Shown here in pieces: positions 41,698-51,859 of a stretch of DNA of 64,000 nt. The stretch spans positions 14,977-78,976 of the forward strand of contig JAHISQ010000101.1 of the NCBI GenBank assembly GCA_018818125.1. The letters are read 5' to 3'. Origin of the DNA: Candidatus Rifleibacteriota bacterium. Lineage in GTDB: Bacteria > Muiribacteriota > Ozemobacteria > Ozemobacterales > Ozemobacteraceae. The position numbers and the translations under genes were made by a program. The stretch's first letter is position 1. Each line of letters begins with the position of its first letter. The notes beneath the pieces are model-generated. The model saw only the letters and a program-made list of their open reading frames with translations, did no database searches and had not been told where the DNA came from.

Positions 41698-43782
41698 TTA
41701 ATTGGCCTCTGTATCATCCAAAACATTGCGCACCTTTGTCACCAGATCACGTAACGAAAAGGGTTTCTGAATGAAATTTACTCCGTCTTCCAGCACTCCG
41801 TGATGAGCAATCACATCAGATGTATAGCCTGACATAAAAACACACTTGAGTGACGGATGGATGGAAATTATATCGTTAGCCAGAGCCCTGCCATTCATTT
41901 CAGGCATAATCACGTCGGTCATAAGCAGATGAATATGGGAGTATTCCTTGGCAAGTTGAATACCCTCAGTAGGTGTCTTCGCCTTAAGTACGGTATAGCC
42001 CTGACTGGTGAGAAATCTCGAAACCATGTTCAGTATGGCTGCTTCATCCTCAACCAGCAGAATAGTCTCTGCTCCACGCGGTGCCGGTGCGAAGTCCCTT
42101 TCGGTGGACAAATTCTCAATCCTCCCTGCATACCTGGGTAAATAGATCGTGAACTTTGTTCCGATACCAGGTTCACTGACAAGAGCAACAAAGCCATTGT
42201 TCTGTTTGACTGCACCAAATACTGTGGCCAGTCCAAGACCAGTGCCCTCACCAACTTCTTTAGTAGTAAAGAAAGGCTCAAAAATATGAGACATAGTCTC
42301 TTCATTCATGCCGCAGCCATCATCGCTTATTGTTATGGTCACATATTCTCCGGGTAATGAGTCTATATTCTTTGTAATGTAATTCTTGTCGATGGTGATG
42401 TTCCCTGTAGCAATCATTACCCTGCCGACGTTAGAAATAGAATCCCTGGCATTAACACATAGATTGGCCAGGATTTGATCTATTTGAGAAGGATCCACTT
42501 TGATCGGCCAAAGATCATCAGCAGGATTCCAGATAAGATTGATATCCTCGCCGATGAGCCGTTGTAGCATTTTTAGCATCCCGGAAATGGTCGCGTTCAG
42601 ATCCAGAACTTTGGGAGCAACTGTCTGCTTGCGGGCAAAGGCCAGCAACTGTCGCGTCAAATCGGCAGAACGTTCTGCAGACTTTCTTATTTCTTCAAGG
42701 TATTGATAGAGCGGCTGAGCTGGATCTGCCTCCATTTCTGCCAGATTTACATAGCCGAGAATGACACTCAGCATGTTGTTGAAATCATGAGCTACACCAC
42801 CGGCCAGACGTCCTACAGATTCCATCTTATACATCTGTCGAAGTTGGCTTTCGAGTTTAATTTTCTCTTCCTCGCTATTTTTGCGGTCAGTAATATCCTC
42901 GTAAACCCCTAACACACCAATGATTGAACCGGAGGCATCCAAAAGAGGTATCTTAGTGGTATCGGCCCAGACGACCTTGCCATCGGCCTGACGCTGGGTT
43001 TCAACAATATGAATTTTGGATTTTGCACTGTCCATGACCTCACGGTCATCAGCACGGTATCCTTCTGACTCTTCACGACTCCAAGGCAAGTCAAAATCAC
43101 TTTTACCGATAATATCATCCGGACTGGCTAGTCCAGCCCGACTCGAAAACACACGGTTACAACCAAGATAAACTGATTTTAGATCTTTCCAGAAAATAGA
43201 CTGGGGAATGGAATTCATGATATGAGAAAGCATATTACTATTCCGGAGAAGTCTCTCATTTGATGCCAACAACTCCATTCTGGCAAGTCCCATCTCCCCA
43301 ATCAACTTAGCCAGGCGGGTAAAAAAAGTCATCATTGCTTTGATGGTATCTTCCGAAAAAATGGGAACACGCTTCAACGCAGCAAGATAGGCTTCTTTTT
43401 CAAACCCGAACTCCTCTGCCTGACGAATAAAATATTCCAGATTCGGCTCCTCGGAGAGGAACTGACCAGTAAAAAAATTTGCCACATGCTCGCCACGAAT
43501 AATTATCGGCACGGCAACATCTATTAATCCGTTTTTGCATTTATAAATGTTGTAAGATTCCCCATCCCTCAACGTTCCCGCAAGGTCGGTGTCACTCTCG
43601 CGACAACGACAGGCTGTAGCAGCATTGACCCTGTGAAAATGAGTGCAAATATCTTGCCATCCGGTGTCTAGAAGGATATTACCGTCCAGTTCAAGAAGAG
43701 CGGTTACGGCACCGGTTACGGCAGTATAGCTTTCGCAAAGCCTTCGCAGTTCGTCAACATTCACAAGCTCAGAGAATTTCAT
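41698..43782 (-). CDS. hybrid sensor histidine kinase/response regulator with N-terminal PocR-like sensory domain and PAS domain
   Basis: N-terminal Cys/His-rich PocR-like region (ICTHFHRVNAATACRCRESD), PAS, H-box HDFNNMLSVILGYVNLA, HATPase_c G-boxes, C-terminal REC domain (ILLVEDEAAIL...LLMTDVIMPEMNG). Confidence 0.8.
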   Translation of the reverse strand: MKFSELVNVDELRRLCESYTAVTGAVTALLELDGNILLDTGWQDICTHFHRVNAATACRCRESDTDLAGTLRDGESYNIYKCKNGLIDVAVPIIIRGEHVANFFTGQFLSEEPNLEYFIRQAEEFGFEKEAYLAALKRVPIFSEDTIKAMMTFFTRLAKLIGEMGLARMELLASNERLLRNSNMLSHIMNSIPQSIFWKDLKSVYLGCNRVFSSRAGLASPDDIIGKSDFDLPWSREESEGYRADDREVMDSAKSKIHIVETQRQADGKVVWADTTKIPLLDASGSIIGVLGVYEDITDRKNSEEEKIKLESQLRQMYKMESVGRLAGGVAHDFNNMLSVILGYVNLAEMEADPAQPLYQYLEEIRKSAERSADLTRQLLAFARKQTVAPKVLDLNATISGMLKMLQRLIGEDINLIWNPADDLWPIKVDPSQIDQILANLCVNARDSISNVGRVMIATGNITIDKNYITKNIDSLPGEYVTITISDDGCGMNEETMSHIFEPFFTTKEVGEGTGLGLATVFGAVKQNNGFVALVSEPGIGTKFTIYLPRYAGRIENLSTERDFAPAPRGAETILLVEDEAAILNMVSRFLTSQGYTVLKAKTPTEGIQLAKEYSHIHLLMTDVIMPEMNGRALANDIISIHPSLKCVFMSGYTSDVIAHHGVLEDGVNFIQKPFSLRDLVTKVRNVLDDTEAN

Positions 43783-43949
43783 GCTATTCCTTTTAAAGAA
43801 GCGAGCTTTTTAGAATACCGTATTTGACTATCTGATCACAAGTTGTGTCGAAAAATCACGATTGGAACCGAAGACCTGTCGCATCAGGAATTATTTGTAG
43901 ATCAAAAGAACAGTCAGATCATAAAAGGAATTCTTCTGGAAGTTTACAC

Positions 43950-43982
43950 AAAAAAGCCACCCTTACGGGTGGCTTTTTTTAT
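43950..43982. terminator. bidirectional rho-independent terminator
   Basis: AAAAAA-GCCACCC-TTAC-GGGTGGC-TTTTTTT: perfect 7-bp GC-rich stem, 4-nt loop, A-run upstream and T-run downstream; lies 19 nt past the 3-prime end of the minus-strand gene 44001-44879. Confidence 0.6.
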
Positions 43983-44000
43983 TGCTTTTAAACCAGGGGG

Positions 44001-44879
44001 CTATTTACTACCTGAGGAAGCCTTGATGTTCTGATAGTCATTGTAAGCTGCACGATATTCAGCCAGTGCGCGCTGTATTTCAGCAGGATCGGCACCGCCA
44101 CTGTTGGTAACCAGAGTAGTGTATGTCTGGTAAGATGAAATGTATCTGTCGTGAGCCGCTTTGAGACTATCGCTGCCGGTAGGAACACCAGTAACAGCAG
44201 CTTCAGTAACTGTAGTAGTCGGAGCCTGAGCAGCAACAGCAATACTTGGCGGCTCATTGCCGATTGTAACTGAATCGCCAGGACCAATACTGATAACAGC
44301 ACTTTCACCAACACTTACCGGAGCAGCAGCATCACCAGATGGAATAACACCGCTCATTTCATAGTCACCAGGCGTCACATATATTTCATCGCTGCCGGGG
44401 AAGACTTGCTGATCTGCACCAGAAGCCGTATTACCCTGTTTTTTGTTTTTAAAATGCTTGTAGATGAAATAGCCTGCTACAGCAGCACCAACTATTATCA
44501 AAGCTGGAATAAAGAGCGGGCTGGCAAAGATACTGGCGATAAAGCCACCCACAGCACCAAGAGCAGAGGCTATGGCACCACCGAACGCAGCCAATGCGCC
44601 CACAACACCGCCAGCAGTGGCAGCGACACCACCCACAACGGCCGCACCTACGCCACCAGCAGCAGCTACCGCGCCACCAATTGCAGGAGCAGCAAGAACA
44701 ATACCGGCACCAGCAGCCACACCTACGCCTGCCCCGACCAGAACACTTTTAGTATCAAGTGCAAGAGCTGGAGCTGGATTGAAGACTGTGAAGTCAACCA
44801 GCATAAGAAGAGATAGAACAATGCAGAGTGTTACTCTTAGTTCATATCGGCGAATCATATCAAACCCCCTGTTTATCAT
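44001..44879 (-). CDS. hypothetical membrane protein with Gly/Ala-rich glycine-zipper TM region
   Basis: Signal anchor then about 90 aa of GAGVGVAAGAGIVLAAPAIGGAVAAAGGVGAAVVGG...; extracytoplasmic Ser/Thr/Pro-rich domain. Confidence 0.45.
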   Translation of the reverse strand: MINRGFDMIRRYELRVTLCIVLSLLMLVDFTVFNPAPALALDTKSVLVGAGVGVAAGAGIVLAAPAIGGAVAAAGGVGAAVVGGVAATAGGVVGALAAFGGAIASALGAVGGFIASIFASPLFIPALIIVGAAVAGYFIYKHFKNKKQGNTASGADQQVFPGSDEIYVTPGDYEMSGVIPSGDAAAPVSVGESAVISIGPGDSVTIGNEPPSIAVAAQAPTTTVTEAAVTGVPTGSDSLKAAHDRYISSYQTYTTLVTNSGGADPAEIQRALAEYRAAYNDYQNIKASSGSK

Positions 44880-44998
44880 CAGAGATTATGTACCTCGAAA
44901 GATTAATTTAAGTCTAATGACGGCGAGGCAAAGCGTCAAGGCAATCACACACTTTTTTTTTAATATGTGCCATTATTTTTTTGGTCTGACGCTCATAA

Positions 44999-47179
44999 TC
45001 ATTCTGGCATGTTCTGAAGAAGCACAGAGAGAACCGTATTGCGCATCTTTTGCCGATTATTTTTTACTGCAAGACCAATCGCTTTGCGACTGCCCAGAAA
45101 TACCATAGTTTGCCGCGCACGAGTGAGACCTGTATACAATAGATTGCGCTGAAGCATAATGAAGTGCTGAGTAGAAGCAATCATGACTACAGCAGGATAC
45201 TCACTGCCTTGTGCTTTATGTACGGTTATAGCGTATGCATGTGCCAGATCAAGAAAATCAGAACTCTGAAAGGTAACAGCGCCCTGCGGAAACTCTATCA
45301 GCGCCTCCTGATCTTCTGACTGAATGTCTGTTATCAGACCAATATCGCCATTGAAAACTTCCAGATCATAGTTGTTGCGCAGCTGAATAACCTTGTCGCC
45401 AACCCTGAATACGCGGTCAAGATGCTCAAACTCATCTTTCTCGGACGATGGCGGATTAAGCGCTTCCTGAAGAACGATGTTGAGATTCATAGAGCCGAGC
45501 TTACCCCGATTCATTGGGGTGAGAACCTGAATATCGATCACCGGATTATAGCCAAAGCGACCTGGCAGGCTTTTTTGCACTACATTTTTAAGCAATCCTA
45601 TCAGCTTTTCGGGATCTTCAGCCGGAACAAGATAACAGTCAGACTGACTCTGTCCATCGGGAACCGTCAGGATCGGCATCTGTCCATGATTGATCAGATG
45701 CGCATTCTTAATGATATTTGAAGTTTCAGCCTGCCTAAAAATAGCATCTAGCCTTACCACAGGCACCTTTTCAGACTTGATCAGCTCATTTAGCACCAGT
45801 CCAGCTCCAACCGAAGGCAGCTGATCAGCATCGCCAACCAGAATAAGAGAAGCGTGCGGCGGCACGGCCTGCAGCAAACTGTAGAACAACTGCATGTCAA
45901 TCATCGAAGCCTCATCGACAACCAGCGTGTCACAATCAAGCGGCTGCTTCTGGTTGCGCTTAAAGCCTTTTTCCTGTGGGGAAAACTCGAGCAGGCGATG
46001 GATTGTTTGAGCACTGAAGCCAGAAACCTCTGCAAGCCGTTTGGCAGCACGACCAGTTGGGCTGGCAAGCTGCACTCGCCGTCCCAGAGCTTTATTGGCG
46101 CTGACAACCGCTTTCAGGGTAGTAGTCTTGCCGGTACCGGGGCCACCAGTAATGATCATAAATCCGTGAGTGAGGGAACTCTCTACCGCCATCTGCTGAA
46201 TATCACTAAGCTTCAGACCATGCGAACCCAACGCCTGATCAAGAGCCTCGATTATTTTTTGCCGCGGTATTTCGCGACGCATAGCAGCCAACTGCTTTAT
46301 AAGGGTAGCACTGCCGTCTTCGGCACGAAAATTGGCCGGCATATAGTAAAGATTCTGCTGTCTGAATTCCCGCGCCATCAATCTCTTCTCAGTAACAAGC
46401 ACAGAAAGGGCCTTCTCAAGATCGCTCCGCTCATCAACGGCCAAGGCCTCCATAGATACCTTGAGCAACTCTTCTTCCTGCAAAAACAAATGCCCGTCGT
46501 TGGAGGCGTTGGTCAGTATATAGAGTATACCAGCCTTCAGACGCCGAATATCGTTACCGGTGATACCAAATTCTGCCGCAATGGCGTCGGCCTTCTTAAA
46601 GCCCATACCTGAAACTTCGTGAGCCAGAATATATGGGTTTTCAGAAATTTTTCGCACTGCTTCGCGATCATATTTTTTGAAAATACGAATAGCGTAGGCC
46701 GGCGAAATGCCGTGTCCCTGCAAAAAAATCATTACATCTTGAATTGAGCGTTGCAAAAACCAGCCACTGCATATTTTGTCTGCCTTAGAAGGCCCGATGC
46801 CAGGACACTGCGCCAGTTTATCCGGCTCCTTTTCAATAATCTCAAGCGTGTCAAGGCCAAAAGTCTCGACCAGCCGACGGGCGGTCGCCGGACCAATTCC
46901 TTTGATCAAACCTGAGCCAAGATACTTTTCGATTCCTTTGAGAGTAGCCGGCTTGAGCAGCGTATATTTTATTGCCTGAAACTGCATGCCGAAATTCGGA
47001 TGGCAGGCCCAGGTGCCATAAACTCGGACTTCTTCGCCCGGCTGTATGTAGCAAAAATTGCCAACTACCGTCACCCCCTGCGGATGCTGGCGCGAAGACG
47101 CTTTTAGCACATAATAGCCGCTCTGCTCGTTACAGAAGGTGATACGATCAATGGTTACCGTGATGCATTCGTTTTCCAC
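44999..47179 (-). CDS. recD2: ATP-dependent RecD-like DNA helicase (RecD2 family)
   Basis: N-terminal RecD2-type domain, HhH region, Walker A ITGGPGTGKTTT, Walker B DTLVVDEASMID, C-terminal SH3-like domain; 726 aa. Confidence 0.85.
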   Translation of the reverse strand: MENECITVTIDRITFCNEQSGYYVLKASSRQHPQGVTVVGNFCYIQPGEEVRVYGTWACHPNFGMQFQAIKYTLLKPATLKGIEKYLGSGLIKGIGPATARRLVETFGLDTLEIIEKEPDKLAQCPGIGPSKADKICSGWFLQRSIQDVMIFLQGHGISPAYAIRIFKKYDREAVRKISENPYILAHEVSGMGFKKADAIAAEFGITGNDIRRLKAGILYILTNASNDGHLFLQEEELLKVSMEALAVDERSDLEKALSVLVTEKRLMAREFRQQNLYYMPANFRAEDGSATLIKQLAAMRREIPRQKIIEALDQALGSHGLKLSDIQQMAVESSLTHGFMIITGGPGTGKTTTLKAVVSANKALGRRVQLASPTGRAAKRLAEVSGFSAQTIHRLLEFSPQEKGFKRNQKQPLDCDTLVVDEASMIDMQLFYSLLQAVPPHASLILVGDADQLPSVGAGLVLNELIKSEKVPVVRLDAIFRQAETSNIIKNAHLINHGQMPILTVPDGQSQSDCYLVPAEDPEKLIGLLKNVVQKSLPGRFGYNPVIDIQVLTPMNRGKLGSMNLNIVLQEALNPPSSEKDEFEHLDRVFRVGDKVIQLRNNYDLEVFNGDIGLITDIQSEDQEALIEFPQGAVTFQSSDFLDLAHAYAITVHKAQGSEYPAVVMIASTQHFIMLQRNLLYTGLTRARQTMVFLGSRKAIGLAVKNNRQKMRNTVLSVLLQNMPE

Positions 47180-47434
47180 AAGCTATTTATAACATGGTTT
47201 GTGCAAACAATAAATAGCGTAAAGTCTTGTAACGAATTAACCTTGTGATTTCACATTTCGTCACCGACATTTTCCGCTGAGCACTGCAAGATACCTGACT
47301 CTATTGTCTAAGGCTATTAGAGCCACCTAACAGCTTCTCTCAGGAAACAACTGAAACAATCAGGTTTTTTCTGACAGGCCATAAAGTTTTCAGTTAAATT
47401 GACAAGTTGCTCTGGTAATGCTAAGTTTCGACAC

Positions 47435-49444
47435 ATGCACAAAATCTTTCAGACAGCTCTGGTTCTGCTGCTTATTGCTGGCTTTACACTTCTTTTAAAG
47501 CCCGGGCAAAAACCGGAAGACGTTGATAAATCCAGTTTTGTTGCGGTCTCGGCTGACAGCGCTATAATCGCCGGCAACAGACAAGATTTTGTCATCTATG
47601 TATTGAATCCGGCGGGCAAAGCGCCTTCTCCCGAAAATGCAAAAAAACTTACCGCCCGACTGAATTTGCCCTCTGCGAATACCCAACAACCTGTAATTCT
47701 ACAGTCTGAAGCAAAAAGACTCTCTGACGGTGCCTACGTAGCGAGCTTCGAGATTCCCGAGCAGATATCGCAGCAACCGGCAACGCTAGAAATCAACTGT
47801 CAGGAAAGTCGCAAACTGATCTTTCGCGACGAGGCGAAGACTGGTCGAAGCGTCGCATTACTGGTTTTGCCGCCTCCCGCTATTGTTTACGCCGGAGATT
47901 GGCTGAACATAAGAATAGCTGCGGTCTGCCGTAAAACCGGCCAGGGAATTTTCAAAATTCCTGTCAGAGTTAAATTTACCATACCTGGCGGTCATCAAAC
48001 CGTTAATCGAGTTATACACACTGACATTGACGGTACAGCAATTTTTTCAACTCACATTAACAGCAGCGCTGCAGGTGGGCACTACAGCTGTGAGTTTTTT
48101 TGTGGCATGGAAACAGTCCGTGTGAATTTAAACATCAAAGGCATAACTGCGAAGCACCAGCAGCGTGTAAAATTACTGCAGAATAGAAACTTGAGCCCGA
48201 TCTCAACAATGCTTAAGTCGGGTAAAAATCCGGCTGAAGCCCAGCAATATTATTTCGCATCTCCTCTCTCGCAACAAACAAACAGTGAGGGCCTTAACGC
48301 GGTAACTCTTGAGAAGGGGCAAATCTTTCTCAATTATAACTGCCCAGACTCTGTCTGGCGACAAATTGAAGTCTGGCAGAATGGAAGAATTCATTATTCT
48401 TCAGATCTACAGCTCGCCTCGGGACGCATCTCTGTCAGCTTCAGAACGCCATTGCAATCGAACATGCCAGTAAAACTTAAACTCTGGTATCTTAACGACA
48501 ACGGTATAAAGATATACGAGCAAACTTTTTACCAGGCAGGCGAGCATCAAACGCCGATCAGCATGTTCTTCAAAGAAGCAGACAGTCTGATTGCAGAAAA
48601 CGGCAGCACAATACTGGCTCGACAAGCGCTCGTTACAAAAGGACTACTGACAAGTAACCAAGGCAGCAGAATTCGCATAAATCAGGCTGATCGGCTTCCC
48701 GAACAGATTATTGAATCAGTCCCTCAGCCCGTAACTGAATTCATCGTGATTCAGGAAACTCCGGCGCGACTGCTTGAATCAGATGTTCGGCGAATGGCAG
48801 ACAAACGTTTTTTTCTTGTCGATACTGAACTGCAGCTAAGCCGCTACAAGTTTTCGAATATCAGAATATGGCATAATCCCAGGAGGTTTTTTGGCAGCCT
48901 CGTTGGGTCGCTGATGGCAGAGCGCTCAAACATTGCCTTTTTGATCGGCGAAGCAGAGGCAAGAACCCTGAGACTACCGTATATGAGCCTGGCGGCACGA
49001 TCTGTCGAACTTGAAAAGCTCGAAGGCCTGCTTGCTCCACTTTGTGAGTTTTTCGAATTCTGTCAGGATAAGCCTGAACTTCTAGATGCATGGCAACCGG
49101 GAATTTTACGTGCAACAAGTCGTCTGGCAGAATGCATCTTTATTCCCGATAAACTCGCAAAGGCAGTAAAAGCCCACAAAATCGACACAACCAGAATCGG
49201 GCCGTTCACGCCTGTTCTGCCCTTCGAGTTACCGCTCGCAGAACTATTACCGGCTCTCAAATCTGGTGGTAAGGTTATATTGGTCAGCGGAGATCGACAG
49301 ATGCCAATCAATCTTGCCGGAGATGTCAGCATTTTCAGCAGTAAAAGCTTTTCTGGCAAAAAAGAGCGCTTTGAAAAATTGCTGAACACGAGAGCGATCC
49401 CGGTCGTGGTAGAGCTTGACTTTTCCGGATCGCGAGACAATTAA
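47435..49444 (+). CDS. hypothetical large secreted/membrane-anchored protein
   Basis: ATG 47435 (MHKIFQTALVLLLIAGFTLLL signal anchor); 669 aa; beta-rich N-terminal half (possible Ig/MG-like domains); no motif I can name. Confidence 0.45.
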   Translation: MHKIFQTALVLLLIAGFTLLLKPGQKPEDVDKSSFVAVSADSAIIAGNRQDFVIYVLNPAGKAPSPENAKKLTARLNLPSANTQQPVILQSEAKRLSDGAYVASFEIPEQISQQPATLEINCQESRKLIFRDEAKTGRSVALLVLPPPAIVYAGDWLNIRIAAVCRKTGQGIFKIPVRVKFTIPGGHQTVNRVIHTDIDGTAIFSTHINSSAAGGHYSCEFFCGMETVRVNLNIKGITAKHQQRVKLLQNRNLSPISTMLKSGKNPAEAQQYYFASPLSQQTNSEGLNAVTLEKGQIFLNYNCPDSVWRQIEVWQNGRIHYSSDLQLASGRISVSFRTPLQSNMPVKLKLWYLNDNGIKIYEQTFYQAGEHQTPISMFFKEADSLIAENGSTILARQALVTKGLLTSNQGSRIRINQADRLPEQIIESVPQPVTEFIVIQETPARLLESDVRRMADKRFFLVDTELQLSRYKFSNIRIWHNPRRFFGSLVGSLMAERSNIAFLIGEAEARTLRLPYMSLAARSVELEKLEGLLAPLCEFFEFCQDKPELLDAWQPGILRATSRLAECIFIPDKLAKAVKAHKIDTTRIGPFTPVLPFELPLAELLPALKSGGKVILVSGDRQMPINLAGDVSIFSSKSFSGKKERFEKLLNTRAIPVVVELDFSGSRDN

Positions 49445-49523
49445 CTACTGCTTAGAGCCCTGGTGAAATGTGTAATCATAAGTTAGCTTACTGCAGTGCC
49501 TTACAACTCACTTCTACCAAACA

Positions 49524-49553
49524 CTTGGATTAGCAGCTGAAACTGTGGTAAAA
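49524..49553 (+). promoter_or_regulatory. candidate sigma-70 promoter for moeA
   Basis: TTGGAT - 18 nt - TAAAAT ending 7 nt before the ATG at 49561 (short or leaderless 5-prime UTR). Confidence 0.3.
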
Positions 49554-49560
49554 TCGAAGC

Positions 49561-50799
49561 ATGAAAACAGTGCCAAACATACATCCGGTTTCTTTTGATC
49601 TGGCTCTGGAGCTGATACTGAAATATGATCAGAACCAGAAAAAGGCAACCGAGACAATCGAGCTCAAAGATTCAGCGGGAAGAACTCTGGCCAGCGATGT
49701 TTTCGCCGACATTGACTTTCCAGGTGCTGATATCTCGGCGATGGATGGCTATTGCCTCTCGACTGTGAACCTGGCTGGCGCGGGCATCAACAATCTAATC
49801 GGCCTGCCGATTCTGGCTGGAATAGATGCCGGCCATAAAATCGACAAAATCACCCCGGGAAGCTGCGCCTACATAGCAACTGGCGGCATGTTGCCATCAG
49901 GAGCCGACAGTGTGGTTAAAATTGAAGATGTAGAAATAAGTCCTGATGGCAACAATGCAATATTTTCTGCACCAGCAAAGGTCGGCAATTTTATCCGGCC
50001 ACGCGCAACAGAGCTTAGGACTGGCGACATAATGGTAGCTGCCGGCACCCAGATAACACCTTTCGTAATTGGACAACTGGCAACCGCCGGGCAGACTGTG
50101 GTACAAACAATAAAAAAACCCAAAGTCGCTATTATCACATCTGGCGATGAAGTTTTAATGCCCTGGGAAAAGCCCCAGCCATGGCAGGTGCGCAACGGCA
50201 ACTGCCCGATGCTGCGGGCTCAGGTCGAAGAAGCTGGCGCGATTGCTTTCGAAATCGGAATCGCACGTGATGTTGGCGATCACGCGCTTGAGCTCTTTTT
50301 AAAAGCAGCAGAATGTGCCGACATAATAGTCACCAGCGGAGGCATTTCGATGGGGCGCAAAGACCCTTTTAAACAGGTCTTTGCCCGACTGGAGATCGAA
50401 CCGGTATTTTATGGAATTAAAATGAAGCCGGGCAAACCGGTCTTTTTTGGTTCGTATAAAAACAAACCAGTGTTTGGACTGCCGGGCAACCAGACCTCGA
50501 CCGCTGTAACCTTTGAATTACTGGTTCGGCCTTATATCCGTAAGATCCTTGGTTTGCCCAACAGATTAACAATGCATCTGAAGCTTTCAAAAGAGAGCAT
50601 CAATGATTCCAGACGCGATTTTTTCAAACGTGGGCACCTGATTGAGCAGGACAACATAACGCTCGTGCAGCCGCTCGAATCCCAGGAGTCACACATGCTG
50701 TCCAGCCTGGCCGGAGCAGAAATACTGTTTCTGCATCCTGCTAACGATGAAAAGATTGCAGCTGGCAGCAGCGTCAAATGCTGGCTGTTGAAGGGCTGA
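49561..50799 (+). CDS. moeA: molybdopterin molybdotransferase MoeA
   Basis: ISAMDGYCL motif, MoeA N, MoCF-binding (GGISMG) and C-terminal domains; 412 aa. Confidence 0.85.
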   Translation: MKTVPNIHPVSFDLALELILKYDQNQKKATETIELKDSAGRTLASDVFADIDFPGADISAMDGYCLSTVNLAGAGINNLIGLPILAGIDAGHKIDKITPGSCAYIATGGMLPSGADSVVKIEDVEISPDGNNAIFSAPAKVGNFIRPRATELRTGDIMVAAGTQITPFVIGQLATAGQTVVQTIKKPKVAIITSGDEVLMPWEKPQPWQVRNGNCPMLRAQVEEAGAIAFEIGIARDVGDHALELFLKAAECADIIVTSGGISMGRKDPFKQVFARLEIEPVFYGIKMKPGKPVFFGSYKNKPVFGLPGNQTSTAVTFELLVRPYIRKILGLPNRLTMHLKLSKESINDSRRDFFKRGHLIEQDNITLVQPLESQESHMLSSLAGAEILFLHPANDEKIAAGSSVKCWLLKG

Positions 50800-50801
50800 A
50801 A

Positions 50802-51566
50802 ATGAGAAAACTCGTTAAGAACTCTCTGCTCATGCTCTTAATCACCCTGATTTGTCATAGTGTGCCTGTGACTGCCTGCGATGACACTCTTGTAATGTTA
50901 CTGACCGCGCAAAATCCGGGCAGCGAATTTTCAAAGGTAATTCGCAGCTTTTCCACTGATCTCACTGCTCTCGGGCTCGCTCTAAAAGGCATGGAAAAAG
51001 CCAGTTACGATTCAGAGATGAATAAGGTTATGGAATCCTGGCTGGAATTTTCAAAAAAATATATGACCAATCCACCAACAGAAGCTCGCAACGATTTGCG
51101 CTGGGCGGCAAAAACCAGCGAAACGGCTCGCAGTATTGGCGAAATTCGTCGGCTGGTAAACGAGAAACGCTTTATGGACGCCCATGATCGCATTCTCGAT
51201 TTGAACAGCAAAATTGGCCTGTTCTTCGAAGCCTTTGGCGTAAGCGACGAAAAACAGCTTTTCATTACAACCTCAGCTAATTTAACCAGCCTTGAGCGTG
51301 CTCTGCTGAACAATGATAAAGTGAGCGCCGCCAGCTTAACAAAAGAAATCGAAAATAACCTGAAAGACTTTACTCCTCTGTTAGAAGGCAAGGCCGACAA
51401 CAGAGGAGAAAATGCCAAAAAATTGCTGCTGGAACTCGCTGCAGAAATTGGGCAGAGCCAAAGCCTTGTCGCACTTGATGCAAAACTGCAACAACTTAAA
51501 ACAATTTTTGAAGAAATGCGTGCGCAGATACTTCTGCACGAGTGGTTTCCCAGTCTAAAGAATTGA
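50802..51566 (+). CDS. hypothetical secreted all-alpha protein
   Basis: ATG 3 nt after the moeA stop; signal peptide MRKLVKNSLLMLLITLICHSVPVTA; helical-bundle-like heptad patterns. Confidence 0.45.
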   Translation: MRKLVKNSLLMLLITLICHSVPVTACDDTLVMLLTAQNPGSEFSKVIRSFSTDLTALGLALKGMEKASYDSEMNKVMESWLEFSKKYMTNPPTEARNDLRWAAKTSETARSIGEIRRLVNEKRFMDAHDRILDLNSKIGLFFEAFGVSDEKQLFITTSANLTSLERALLNNDKVSAASLTKEIENNLKDFTPLLEGKADNRGENAKKLLLELAAEIGQSQSLVALDAKLQQLKTIFEEMRAQILLHEWFPSLKN

Positions 51567-51578
51567 AAGGAGAAAACA

Positions 51579-51848
51579 ATGCTCAAAGTAACTGTTATTA
51601 AAAGCTCCAGCAATTGCACTACCTGCAGCGAGACCGAACAACTGGTCAGCGAAATTGCTAAAAATTACAAGGATCGCGTTGAATTCAGAGTAATCACCAA
51701 TGGCACCTCCGAAGCTGGAAAATTTGGCATTGTAACAACTCCGGTTGTTGTTATTGAAAACAAGATTTACTCAATGGGCAAGCCCGTTATCAAAGAAAAG
51801 GTAGAAGGCTGGATCAAAAAAGAACTTGCTACTGAATCGACCCAGTAA
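51579..51848 (+). CDS. small thioredoxin-fold protein (redox-active disulfide protein 2-like)
   Basis: 89 aa; CTTC-SE redox motif (SSNCTTCSET) near the N-terminus and a cis-Pro region TTPVVVIE; commonly paired with DUF318 permeases. Confidence 0.6.
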   Translation: MLKVTVIKSSSNCTTCSETEQLVSEIAKNYKDRVEFRVITNGTSEAGKFGIVTTPVVVIENKIYSMGKPVIKEKVEGWIKKELATESTQ

Positions 51849-51859
51849 GAAGAAATAAA

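Noticed and set aside
45854-46612. 252-aa plus-strand ORF
   Set aside because: Antisense to the recD2 helicase core, where Walker A/B motifs are clear on the other strand
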